Source of the DNA: Botryllus schlosseri
Taxonomy: Eukaryota
Direction of reading: 5' to 3'
Assembly: GCA_051294905.1 (NCBI GenBank)
Contig: CM119372.1
Coordinates: 34,288,001 to 34,352,000 of the forward strand
Length of the DNA stretch: 64,000 bases
Part shown: in pieces, positions 52,902 to 64,000 of the stretch
Layout of the letters: each line of letters opens with the position of its first letter
Position numbering within the stretch: the first letter of the stretch is position 1
Position numbers and translations under genes: made by a program
The notes under the pieces: generated by a model
Told to the model about the DNA's origin: nothing
What the model saw: only the letters and a program-made list of their open reading frames with translations
The model's database searches: none

Positions 52902-54249
52902 CAGTGGATCTCAACTGCCGGTCCGCAGACCGGTGCCCGTCCGCGACGACATTCCTGCCGGTCCGCGAGGTATATTACAATTTTATACTTCAATTTCAAG
53001 ATGTGATGTTGAAGGCTTGTCCATTAATAGAATAAATAAAACATAAAATTTTAAAATAATTCAGAAGTTCGTGAGGTAACATTAGGGCTTGAAACTTGTT
53101 CGATTTAACTTGAAGTTCAAGACTTGTTATTTGACGATCGAGAAGTACAGAACAGTTACGAGCTGACTCATCGCTAAACAGCGCAGTTTGCGCGATCATT
53201 CGTTTTCGATTCATTCATTTTGTGTAGGACGGTAACTGGGGCACCTAAAGCCACCCAATTGGAGAGGGTCGAGCTTGAAAACTGCCCAAAATTATTTTGC
53301 AAATGAACTTAAATCATAGCGTATTTTTCTGAAACTTTTTCCAACATTCTTCGATTTCTTTTCGCGCTTTGCGCGATTTAATGTCACTAAATGTCTTGCT
53401 TATTAGGTGCACTTCTCCGAGATATACCCATGATTTATAGAAATAGGCATTTCGGCGTCAGCCATTACCGCGCCACGACGTACCAACCCCTAATGAAGTA
53501 TAGGCTAAAATGGAACTCCGAAGGGTGTGCCAAAAATTCGGCAGCGAGAAAACCGATTCAGTCATGAATGATCGATAATATGTGGTATTGCCGCAATTAA
53601 GCTACATAAACTCTCTGCTTACGCCGAGTAGAATGAATGTGCTCACAAGTACTGGTGAAAAAATCCACCAAACTGTATGGTCTGGAGGTGAATTCCCCGG
53701 AAGTTTGGCATATCTCCCTGTGGGGGACCAAGACCAACGTTTTTGGGGGTGGGCTAACGAAGTGCTTTTGCGGCTCGGATTTCCGGATGGCCGGTATAGT
53801 TGCTGCAAGGTGTTTTGCTGCGGCACACATTGTATTCGTAGTTGCAAGAGTAGCGTGTGTGTCTGATTGAAGTGGGCAATGAGTAAGGTAGCACGGCAAG
53901 GTGCTTGGTTCGACTTGGTGCTTGGCTCGAGTTGGCGTGGTCGGTTAAACCGACGGCCTTCGGAGCGAAAGACTGTTAACAACTCTCGGCGGCAGCACGT
54001 TTATCTGGATAAGACAATTTTACCTCGAGTCTGCAGACTGACTACCACAAAATCCGATGGATGCTATTATGAAGATAATTAATTACGATCAGAACCCTTT
54101 AAATGTCACTCTCTAGCACCATATAATTGCAAAAAAACGGTTGCATACTTTATATTTTGGCTTCATTTCAATTTTCGAAGTGCACCGGTCCGCCAGAAAT
54201 TTTTTAAAATTTTACCGGTACGCGAGGTGAAAAAGGTTGAGAACCACTG
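52902..54249. mobile_element. hAT-Charlie-like non-autonomous element
   Basis: CAGTGGATCTCAAC/GTTGAGAACCACTG; TSD GTCTAGTC/ATCTAGTC. Confidence 0.75.
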
Positions 54250-54739
54250 ATCTAGTCCACGGCATGTCCTATTCTGGAAAAGTGGGCTTTCCCAATTTTT
54301 TAGTTTTAGAACTGTTTTACCATAAAACCTTTGAAATTTCTGGACTAACGAAATGGAATAAATTTTCCGCTTTAAGAAGAAGTCTTTATATTTCACTTTC
54401 AATTCCCAGTATCATACTTTGAGTTCTAATTAGTATCAGTTCTTTTGTCTGGAGAACATCCATGTTAAAGTATAGAAACAAGTGTGGTAATTGTTTCTTG
54501 CTGTACATTTATTATGGCTCCCATGTGCCATCAACCAGAGATGAGATAAAAGATGAAGCGGTAAAGCACGAGTGATGCGGTCATGCACAGTTGGGCAAGG
54601 CATGACGTCATACCTTGCTACTTACAGGGAAGCATCATCATAATACATACAATAACCCACGTAACATCCCCTTCTCAAAACATCACAAAATAATAGAAAA
54701 CGAAGCGAACCGAATTAGGATATAAATTACAGCAACGAA

Positions 54740-57700
54740 TCAAATTGTAACATAGTCTTGCAAGTATGCTGGTCGAATTACTGTACGGCTTGGCCTGCTG
54801 CTACTGGAACAAGATAACGACCCATTAGTGTCGCTGTTCACTACTGCTGGTCTGGCAATCGAAATGTCGTCAAAGTCAAATGCAACATGCGGGCGAGTTA
54901 CAGTAGTTCGAATAAGCTTTCTGTTGCGTCGGTAGATCGTTCCATCTGTCGCCTTAACAATGTACGATCGATCATTCAGTTGCTTAATCACCACCGCTTC
55001 GAGCCACAAGCCATTTTCTGTCCTTTTGAATCGAACCTGTTGACCAGGACTCAACAGGGCGAGGTCTTTTGCACCACGATTGTAATACTTTGCCTGTTTT
55101 CTTTTCCGATCCATAAGCGATGGGATGACATCAGAAACAATTTTCGGCTCAAGCAGTTTAGTTGCTATTGGCAACAAGGTCTTGGTGCGTCTTCCAAATA
55201 GCCTCTGTGCTGGAGAGCCAGGAACAGTCTCGCCTGGAGTGTTCCTCCAATCCAACAGTACAATATTTATGTCTTTTTTGTCAGTTGTCGCTTTACGAAG
55301 TAACGATTTGAAGATTTTTACAGCTGATTCCGCCTTTCCATTCGATTGGCTGTGTCCTGGAGAGCTGGTCACATGTTCAAACTCATATTCCTTTGCAAAT
55401 GCCTCGAAGTCATGAGCAGCATAGCATGGACCATTGTCAGTAATCAATTTCTCGCAGATTCCATGACGTGCCATATGTGATTTTAAGCGGCGAATAACTG
55501 CTGTAGAAGTCTGTGAGGTTAGTCGATCTACCTCAAAATAATCCGAGTAGTGATCAACTGTAATCAAATAATGTTGTCCGTCAAATTCACATAAATCGCT
55601 ACTGATTATTTGCCAAGGACGTCCTGGTACCGGATGTGAAATCAGACTTTCCTTCTGTTGGTTGGGTTGGTGTAAGCCACATGTGGGACAGCTTGATACG
55701 AAGTCCGTAATATCGTTAACCATGCTGGGCCAATACAAACATTCACGAGCCCGGCGTACACAACCTTGAATTCCAACATGACTGGCATGAAGTCGCTTGA
55801 GAATAGTTCCTTTTATGGACGACGGTATGACAATACGATCACCCTTCAGAACGATTTGATCCTGGAATGTTAACTCCTCTTTAAAACAGTAGAAATTTCG
55901 AATTGATTGGGGTACCAGCTTGGCTTCATTCGGCCACCCATGTTTTATAAAAGAGATTAGCGTGTTCATGACAGAATCAGAGATTGTTGCTTGGCTGACC
56001 ATGTCGAGCGTGGAGCTTGATACCGGTATATCATTCAACATGTCGATATGTTCAATCTGATGAAAGATATCAAACACATCAGCAGTTTCTGCGTCTTTGG
56101 GTGACTTTGGAATGTACGCACGACTCAACGTATCCGCCACAAATAATTGTGATCCAGGCTTGTATATCACCTCGAAGTCATACTTTTGGAGCTGAAGTAA
56201 CATGCGCTGTAACCGTTTTGGTGCATTAACCAGACTTTTCTTCGTGATCACTTCCAGAGGTTTGTGATCGCTTTCTACTGTTACAAATCTGCCATAGACA
56301 TATAACTCAAATTTTTCCATGGCAAAGTGAATAGCAAGCAATTCTTTTTCGATTTGCGCATAGTTGCACTCCGTTGTTGTCAACGCCCGTGAAGCATAGG
56401 CAACAGGGTGAGAGTTTTGCAATACACAGCATCCTAGCCCCTTTGAACTGGCATCACATTGCAGTACCATAGGTGCGTTTTTGTCGAAGTATTGCAAAAC
56501 TGGCGCGTTGATCAAGGTTTGTTTTATTTTCTCGAAGCATGTCCCATGTAGGATTGGATCCCATATGAACGCGTTGTCTTTTTTTAGGAGTTCGCGGATG
56601 GGAGCGGTTATATCTGAAAGCTTAGGGGCAAAACGCTGCAGAAAATTTTTCATCGCTAAAATTCTCTGGACGCCCTGCTTATCCGTTGGAGGGGGCATTT
56701 TTATGATGCCTTCAATTTTGCTCGATGAGGGTTTTAGACCATCTTTTGAGATGGTATGGCCTAAGTAGGGCACTTCAGTCTGCAGATAGCGTAGTTGCGC
56801 TTTATTCAGTTTAATACCAGTTTGTTGACAGCGTTTCAACAGTTCAAAGAACTTTTTCTTATTGTCCATAGTCGCCTCTTCAATAGTGTCGCCCACACCA
56901 TAAATCAAGATGTCATCCGCGACGGGCGTGATTCCTTCCAGGCCGTCCAGCGCTATCTTCAGTCTTCTCATGAACTCCTCCGGTGCTGGGCTGATTCCGA
57001 AAGGCAGTCGGAGCCATCTGTAACGACCATATGGAGTACCGAATGTAGTTAGATAACTACTAGTATCATCAAGTTCTACATGCCAAAATCCATTTTTTAC
57101 ATCACACAGTGTAAATACTTTGGCATTGTGCATATATGGTAACACATCATCAACTGTCGGCATTGGATAGTTGTTGCGTTTTAGGGCTTTGTTCAGCGCC
57201 AGGGGATCCAGGCACAAGCGGATATCTCCAGATTGCTTTTTTACAGTGACCAGATTAGATATCCAGGGAGTATGGCAATCCACGGGAGCTATTACGTCAG
57301 CATCAACCAAACTATCAATTTTCTCCTTCACTTGTGCTTCAAGTGCCAGGGGTATTTTGCGAACAGGCATCTGTACAGGATTGATAGTGTCATCAATTTC
57401 CAGATGAAGTTTACCCTCTAGCTTTCCCGTACCATTGAAAACATCCGAAAATTGTTCACATATTTGATCAAACTCCAGGGTAGCAAAATTGGCGAATTCA
57501 GGATCCTTCGCTGTAAGAGCTTGTACTGAAGGTTCCTCGACCATTATGTTTTCAAAATTTATCGTAATTAGTTTCATCCTTTGAGCATCGGCGGAACCAA
57601 TGATGGAAGTGTTCGGCTTCTCAACCACTACAAATTCTAGCAAGTAGTTTTCACCATTCTTTTTATTGGTGATTTCCAACGTTGTTATTCCGAGAGGCCT

Positions 57701-57844
57701 TATCACTTCCTTATTATATACAACCAGTCTCATAGAAGTAGGTTTCAAGTTGAGCAATTTTGTGTCACCAGTTACATTCAAGTAATCTCGCCATGAAAGA
57801 ACATTTACGGTTGCGCCACAATCAATTTGGAATTTTACATACAT
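54740..57844 (-). CDS. pol: Pol polyprotein: aspartic protease, RT, RNase H, integrase
   Basis: IDCGA (PR); LPFG and VADD (RT); CDAS...EKELLA...ESDHKPL (RH); HASH...CPTC and D,D35E (IN), in Gypsy order. Confidence 0.97.
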   Translation of the reverse strand: MYVKFQIDCGATVNVLSWRDYLNVTGDTKLLNLKPTSMRLVVYNKEVIRPLGITTLEITNKKNGENYLLEFVVVEKPNTSIIGSADAQRMKLITINFENIMVEEPSVQALTAKDPEFANFATLEFDQICEQFSDVFNGTGKLEGKLHLEIDDTINPVQMPVRKIPLALEAQVKEKIDSLVDADVIAPVDCHTPWISNLVTVKKQSGDIRLCLDPLALNKALKRNNYPMPTVDDVLPYMHNAKVFTLCDVKNGFWHVELDDTSSYLTTFGTPYGRYRWLRLPFGISPAPEEFMRRLKIALDGLEGITPVADDILIYGVGDTIEEATMDNKKKFFELLKRCQQTGIKLNKAQLRYLQTEVPYLGHTISKDGLKPSSSKIEGIIKMPPPTDKQGVQRILAMKNFLQRFAPKLSDITAPIRELLKKDNAFIWDPILHGTCFEKIKQTLINAPVLQYFDKNAPMVLQCDASSKGLGCCVLQNSHPVAYASRALTTTECNYAQIEKELLAIHFAMEKFELYVYGRFVTVESDHKPLEVITKKSLVNAPKRLQRMLLQLQKYDFEVIYKPGSQLFVADTLSRAYIPKSPKDAETADVFDIFHQIEHIDMLNDIPVSSSTLDMVSQATISDSVMNTLISFIKHGWPNEAKLVPQSIRNFYCFKEELTFQDQIVLKGDRIVIPSSIKGTILKRLHASHVGIQGCVRRARECLYWPSMVNDITDFVSSCPTCGLHQPNQQKESLISHPVPGRPWQIISSDLCEFDGQHYLITVDHYSDYFEVDRLTSQTSTAVIRRLKSHMARHGICEKLITDNGPCYAAHDFEAFAKEYEFEHVTSSPGHSQSNGKAESAVKIFKSLLRKATTDKKDINIVLLDWRNTPGETVPGSPAQRLFGRRTKTLLPIATKLLEPKIVSDVIPSLMDRKRKQAKYYNRGAKDLALLSPGQQVRFKRTENGLWLEAVVIKQLNDRSYIVKATDGTIYRRNRKLIRTTVTRPHVAFDFDDISIARPAVVNSDTNGSLSCSSSSRPSRTVIRPAYLQDYVTI

Positions 57845-58772
57845 GTTAACCAGGTATAACAGAGCAAATATTTTCTTAACATAGGATTCCTCCGTATAGC
57901 ACTCACATGTTCAAACGAAAGAACTTCGGCATCCTCTTCTTCATCCGACTCAATGCGGTCAGCTGATATCATCATCACAGTTGTCTGACATGCCACGGCA
58001 AAATGGTCTTTTCCGTTACAGCGTGAACAAGTTTTGCCGTTAGCCGGGCAATATCGCCGACCAACAACATGTACCTTTCTATAAAACTTGCAGAGTTTGG
58101 GGAGCTCTTCCGATTGAGGTGTACTACCATCATATCCTCGATTCATTTTAGAGTCCCTTTCAGCAGCTGGCCATTTCCTTTGCTTGTACTTATTTTGTAT
58201 CGCATGAATTGCAACGTCATCTGACGTTAGAGTCATTTTTTTCATTTGCAGAGCAGTTGACTCAAACAATCTGCAGCTCGAAATACAGGAGTCCAATGTA
58301 AGTCCTGTCTCTTGTAGGAGTTTTCTTCTCAGCACAACATCGGATATGCACACACAATTTTGTCTCTGAGAAGCTCATCTTCCAAGGTTTTAAAATCACA
58401 GGTTTTTATCAGCCTTCGCAGCTGTTCGTAGTATGTGTTGAATGATTCATTTGAAGCTTGACTGCGACTGAAAAAACAGTACCTCTCGTATATAATGTTG
58501 ATCTTCCCGACACAGCGCTCCTCCATTTTCTTCAATACGACTGGGTAACTCTTGGCGTCATCTTCTGATAAAGTAATGCCATCATAGACATCACACCCAG
58601 CTATTCCAAGAGCCGCTCTGAGAGCCGCAATACGAATGGAATGTTCCTCTTTATTGAGTTTTGTAGCCACTTCATAATTCTCATAATGGCGCTTCCAGTT
58701 CTTCCAGTTGGTGGCCAAATCACCAGAGACAGTTAAAGGACCCGGATGGGGTATCACATATCTTAGATCCAT
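57835..58772 (-). CDS. gag: Gag (split over two frames) with CCHC zinc knuckle
   Basis: NWKNWKRHYENY, ERYCFFSRSQ, LLRDKIV, CSRCNGKDHFAVAC. Frameshifts near 58350 and ~57890. Confidence 0.9.
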
Positions 58773-59749
58773 ATAGTTAGATAAGATGATAAATCTTTAT
58801 GTCGAGCTAATGATAGATTTAGAGCTCGCGAGTTCAGTTATCTTCTGACACCATGTTTCTTGCTGTACATTTATTATGGCTTCCATGTGCCATCAACCAG
58901 AGATGAGATAAAAGATGAAGCGGTAAAGCACGAGTGATGCGGTCATGCACAGTTGGGCAAGGCATGACGTCATACCTTGCTACTTACAGGGAAGCATCAT
59001 CATAATACATACAATAACCCACGTAACAGTAATGCCTTCAATTTCCGTAAATAAAGCTACACAATATGGCATTTTTGCGATCCGACATATTTTTTATTAA
59101 CGTTTACTAATCACACAATGTGTTTACACTTTCTCCGATACAACTTCTCCGTATTGCTCTTCTACTAAACTACGGGCCTTATAATATGGGGGTGGATGGG
59201 GGGGTGCCATGCCATGATATTTTCTAAAACGTGCTGTTCGAGTAAACAGAGGATTAGTATCGCATTTCCATATCAATACTATTATTTTCATCCCATGATG
59301 TGGACGAACGCTTATGCTGTCGAAAATTGGTTACCTCCTGGTAAGCATCAATATGAATCAAGCTCTGCACCTTTCACATACCTCAATTTGCAGCATTTGA
59401 CGATCAAAGCGAACGAATTACGATCGTTTTCACAACTACTTAAAAACGAAACGAGAGAGTAGCTCAAGAGAAAAAGAGCCAGACAGCATTGTTGCGTCCC
59501 AATGCCAATCTCCATAACAATGAAAAATTCGAGGCTGATTGTGGGAGTTCCAGGGCCACGAGCGGAATAAAATTTATATATTTCCTAATCAGTGCAGAGT
59601 CCACTTTCGATTGATATCCGTTTTACCAAATTTAATGCTCGGCAAGCCGGTCAAAAAGGACCGTCAAATTGCCTGTAGCCAAATGGAAATTGTGACGTGA
59701 TACAATTTCACTGAGGCGTGAGATTTGCCTGTGTCGACACCATATAGGA

Positions 59750-60420
59750 CCATATGGTTTCACTGTGAACATCAATCATGAACAAATCTCCATACGTGAC
59801 TCAGCAAAATATCTCGGCGTAGCCATTGATGCCAAAATGTCTTGGAAGCAGCATATTGAATGCACAATATCAAAATTAGCTCGGTGTGTGGGAATAATGA
59901 CCCGTCTGCAATCTTTGGTTTCCAGATCAATACTACGAACCATCTATTTCTCTCTTTTCCACTCTCACCTGCAATATGGAATCGTAGTATGGGGCAGTGC
60001 AGGCACAACATTTTTGTGCAGAATTCGAACCCTGCAAAACCGTGCGATACGGCTGATCTCATCTGTACCTTTACGTACCAAACTATCGCCTTACTAGTTA
60101 CTACCGTAAGCACCGAATTTTGCAAGTTGACAACTATATCGCTTCGAAGTATCAAAAGTCATTCACAAATATTTTTCCAATAGTTTGCCTCCTGTGTTTG
60201 ATGACTTTTTCATGCCTGCCAAAAATGTCCACTCCCACTACACGAGATCCTCGTCTAAAGGAAATATCTACTTACCCCCACCCAATAGCAACCTAGCTAA
60301 GAGATCTATCGACTACTCGGGACCTATCATCTGGAATGCATTACCACTACATATCCGTGAATTGCCCTATAATAGATTCAAAAAAGCCCTACTTGATCAC
60401 CTCTTGTCGTTACACCAACA
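59750..60420 (+). mobile_element. 5'-truncated LINE (CR1/L2/Crack group) ORF2 C-terminus
   Basis: KYLGVAID..MSWKQHI, YFSLFHSHLQYGIVVWG, LQNRAIR.I, HYTRS and GPIIWNALP. Confidence 0.9.
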
Positions 60421-60472
60421 CTGTTGCCCTACCTCGACCAGACATTGCTTCATTGATCATTTGCTACCACCA

Positions 60473-61921
60473 TTGGGCTGAAGCTGTAGTATATAGGTGA
60501 CGTTTTGAATGCTCTAGGGATCGGCGGAATCAGCCGGTTACCCTTGGCACTTATCAGATGCTTACAGCAAATTGAATGCACTTGTAGGCGTTGATAAAGT
60601 CCTTAATGATAACGCAGAAAAGAGGTGGTAATGTACGCACACTCGCACATGCTATGCTGGATATGGTATGTCAAAGTCCTTATTGATCCCGCAGAACAGA
60701 AGTGTAAAGAAAATCACAGACTATGCTGCATATAGTATCCAGCATAGTTTGGATATCATATCTAGCATAGTTTGGATAGCATATCCAGCATAGCCTGTGC
60801 TTACCTTACACCTCTTTTCTGTAGCATCATTAAGGACTTTGACAACTCTTATAAGTGAATTCAATTTGCTGTAAGTAGGGGAGATGTGGTACCGATGGAT
60901 CACTGGGACCGAAAATACTTTGAAAATTCCCTATGATAATTCCATGATTGCACTCCGTGAACTTGTCTACAATTGCATGCTGGCAAAATCTTTCCTCACA
61001 TACAAAAAAATTCGACGTGCGCGAGCAATGGGGTCTCTCACAGATGATTTTTGTTTTAGGGGGTGTAAACTAAATTTAGATCGACATATACATTTTTCTT
61101 TGTAACCTTCAACACGAACAAACCAGCAATCATTTTTATTGTCAAGTGTACGGCTTGTATCAGGCTATATAATGGCACATATTAGTTTTTTCAGTACTTT
61201 CCTTGAGTGGACTTTTTTTCGATTTATGTATAAAATTCGTAGGGTGGGGACCGATGATACAATAGCCAAATCAAGCAAAATAATCAAGCATACTAATCAC
61301 GAAACAAATGAAACATGCCTACGTATAGAAAATCTTTATGTAATAATTGCATATGATGTTTTATCGCTATAACGAGGTATTTGGAAGTCACACTGTCGAT
61401 TTTCATGCAATATGTATGTACCCTCAAATTTATAAGTCCGAGCCTAAATCGAAACGTGATTTTATGACAACATTTGAGTTAATATTTATTCTATTTTTTG
61501 ACAGTTGCGACCAAACATTCTTCTTTGGCTTGCTGTAACTTAGATTATAATACTGAGAAAGAAAAGTAGTCACATTTGAGTTTTTAGGGTATATGTGTCA
61601 TAGGTCCCCGGGCCGTGTGTCATTGGACCCACCGGGTGGGGACCGATGACACGTTCGAGCAACAAATTTTGAACGTGCATTAATATTTTTTGAGAAGACG
61701 GATATTCATGTATATGTGCGCGATAGGTAGAGCTTGTATCAAAGTGCTGAGCCAGCAAAAGATCTGCTGTTTTCGGCTGAACATTTCAGGGTCAGCGATC
61801 ATTTTCCGATTTTTGATCCATCGGTACCACATCTCCCCTATAACTGCCAAGCATAACCGGCCGATTCCGCCGATCCCTAGAGCTTTCAAAACGTCACCTA
61901 TATACTACAGCTTCAGCCCAA
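60473..61921. mobile_element. DNA-transposon derivative with ~65-bp TIRs; superfamily uncertain
   Basis: TTGGGCTGAAGCTGTAGTATATAGGTGACG... and its reverse complement ending at 61921. Internal VLNDATEKR resembles the VVND.AER transposase C-terminal motif. No clear TSD. Confidence 0.65.
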
Positions 61922-62619
61922 AAATATCACGCAAAGTATGGTGCCATTGTTAAGCTTTATATATTTGTATTCACTGATGATGGATCCGGACTAAAACGGT
62001 GAATTCGCTCAACACATGCATAAGCACCTTTGCTTTCTCTCGATGAAATCACGGCATGTAGGCTTCAGCCGTTTCCTTCACAATAAAGCAGTCATGCTGT
62101 AAAAGCTTCTGTGAAGCAGGTGTTGTTTGTTCATCATGTATTTCGTAACTCAACATGTCCTGAATTAATTTTGAAACAGCACCTGCCAAACTACTAACAA
62201 TGCGCACTCAGAATCCCCGCCGGTAGCTGACTTCTTGAACACCTAATCAGCAAGCTGCTGCTGCCGTGATCATTGAAGCATAGCCGATTAGCCAATCAAG
62301 AGCCGTGGTTATTTGATTACTAGTCTTCTTGCCGTTCTATGGCCGGTGGCACGCCCATTCCTGAGTAGCTACTTTCAAACGCTTTGCCCGAAATCTTAAC
62401 GGCTTTCCTGTAAGCTTCTTTCAGGCTAATTGTTGTTTTTTATCAATAATCTATAGAATGAGACACAATCACGGAGACTTTTTAAGATTTTCCAAATTTT
62501 GGACAACCCTACTATGCATGCATATTTTTCTGTACCACCACCACTGCCGTGTGTTATGTATTTTGGTTGGGTGAAAATAAAGACTCTCTCTCTCTCTCTT
62601 AAACACCTGAGTCATAGAC

Positions 62620-63664
62620 CAGTGGTTCTCAACTTTTTGTATCCACGGACCGCTTTCGGAGCGTCAAGGACGCCCGCGGACCCCCACGAAGCTTTAGTTC
62701 TAATTTAGCTCAATTATCATGCCATCGTCATCTGTCTTGTGCAAATGAAAACTGTGGGCTTAGTGATAAACAGCAACAAAATGACCTTTCGTGAAAATAA
62801 AATCATACTGTTTCATGTGGAAATCGAGTTGACTTCTATTATTTCAAAGCGAATTCTGCAACTGCATTTCTTGAAATACGTGGTCGCGTCTTGAAAATCC
62901 GCGCCTTCGATTTGATATGATCGACTGCCCAGAATGCATTTTCACAAATATAGTAGGTGGCGAATGTAATAATTCCTCGTAACGCTGCCGACGACACATT
63001 AGGGTATGATCGCAACAAATATGGCACCAAAATTGACAAACAAATTTTTATAATGAACATATAACGTCAAGCCATCTATCTTCTATCTAGCACAGTGGTT
63101 CTCAAACTTTTTTGGACACGCCCCCTTTATGACAGTGAACATTTTCGCGCCCCCTTATCGTCATATCACAAAATAAAACCAGAATGATATCAATCCCAAT
63201 GGATAGTTTGATGGCATGGACGGTTATGACTGTTGATGCGAGAATGCTCAAATATGTGATTCGGACTATACACAGAGCAATAACCATGAATTGGAGATAA
63301 ATCACGCGGAGCGCGAACAAAATTTTCAGTTAACAGCAGGTTCGCGCCCACTTCTGATGCCTTAACGCCCCCAAAGGGGCGTGCCCCCCAGTTTGGAAAC
63401 CATTGATCTAGCAGCTTATCTTGCTGTTATTATCGAAAAAGGATTTTTGTAAACATTTCGAAGTCACCGTGATTGACCTTACTCATCCAACTTTTTTTCT
63501 CCACAATGCCCTTTACAAAACATCTCTAAACAGCAAAATGTTTGTATCAGTAGGCTATTGGTAATTTAGCAATTAAAATAAGTTTCCACAGTAGGATATC
63601 AACTATTTTGTGGCTTCGTGGACCCTGTGAAAATGCTTCGCGAACCCTCGGTTGAGAACCACTG
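62620..63664. mobile_element. hAT-Charlie-like element with a nested Charlie MITE (63093-63405)
   Basis: Outer CAGTGGTTCTCAAC/GTTGAGAACCACTG with TSD TCATAGAC/TCACAGGC; inner element has a perfect TSD ATCTAGCA. Confidence 0.8.
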
Positions 63665-64000
63665 TCACAGGCTATCACCAAGCTTTGCGTATTTTTATTT
63701 GTGAACTAAAAGTAATGACTTCGCAAGTAGCATCAGTAATGAGTTTGAACATCTCAGTATCAACACAGAGTTGAGTGATGTGCAGTATACTTTGCCGGCA
63801 ATGTGATGTTATATATTTTTGAATCAAAATTTGAGTTATTTGTATTTGCAGCATGTCACGACACTGCAATGCTCTGCGTGCAGGTAAGAGCTATCATACC
63901 ATGTCCCGATTAGAAGCTCTGAAATCCCTTCTCAAATCCCTAAAGTTGCTAAATATTGGCTGCTGATAATTGCGAATTACTATTAGCCTAGTATAAAATA

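Larger units (their letters stand above)
54492..59028 (-). mobile_element. Full-length Ty3/Gypsy LTR retrotransposon (Mag-clade-like)
   Basis: 175-bp TG...CA LTRs at 54492-54666 and 58854-59028 (one mismatch seen); 5-bp TSD GTAAT; PBS TGGTGTCAGAAG (tRNA-Leu-like) at 58842-58853; PPT at ~54667-54676. Confidence 0.97.

Noticed and set aside
53597..53899. KTLVLVPHREICQ resembling DEAD-box helicase motif Ia
   Set aside because: Similar nucleotide sequence recurs at ~330-365, ~24090-24135 and ~29190-29230 as a dispersed repeat, and no other helicase motifs are present.
54887..57421. Plus-strand ORFs within the retrotransposon
   Set aside because: Antisense shadows of pol.

Overview
AT-rich, intron- and transposon-dense eukaryotic (animal; probably marine invertebrate, e.g. 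tunicate-like, by inference) genomic DNA with no intact host gene visible. The main feature is a 13,134-bp element (3988-17121) with Polinton/Maverick-type ends (5'-AGTAGT...ACTACT-3', 6-bp TSD TATAGG). It is almost entirely a palindrome: two 6,377-bp inverted arms around a 380-bp spacer that ends in a GC-rich hairpin with a telomere-like loop. It encodes no recognisable pPolB or integrase, but carries host-derived cargo (an 18S rRNA piece and a Bcl-2/Mcl-1-like terminal exon). It sits in an intron of a disrupted class-A GPCR gene on the minus strand. A second, older AGTAGT-ended element with ~1.3-kb TIRs (34974-48755) lies inside an ~18-kb nest of hAT and Harbinger insertions up to five levels deep. 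Also present: a young full-length Gypsy (Mag-like) LTR retrotransposon (54492-59028), a 3' LINE fragment, a 28S rRNA fragment and many TSD-bounded hAT non-autonomous elements. All family assignments come from motif recognition by eye; no searches were run.
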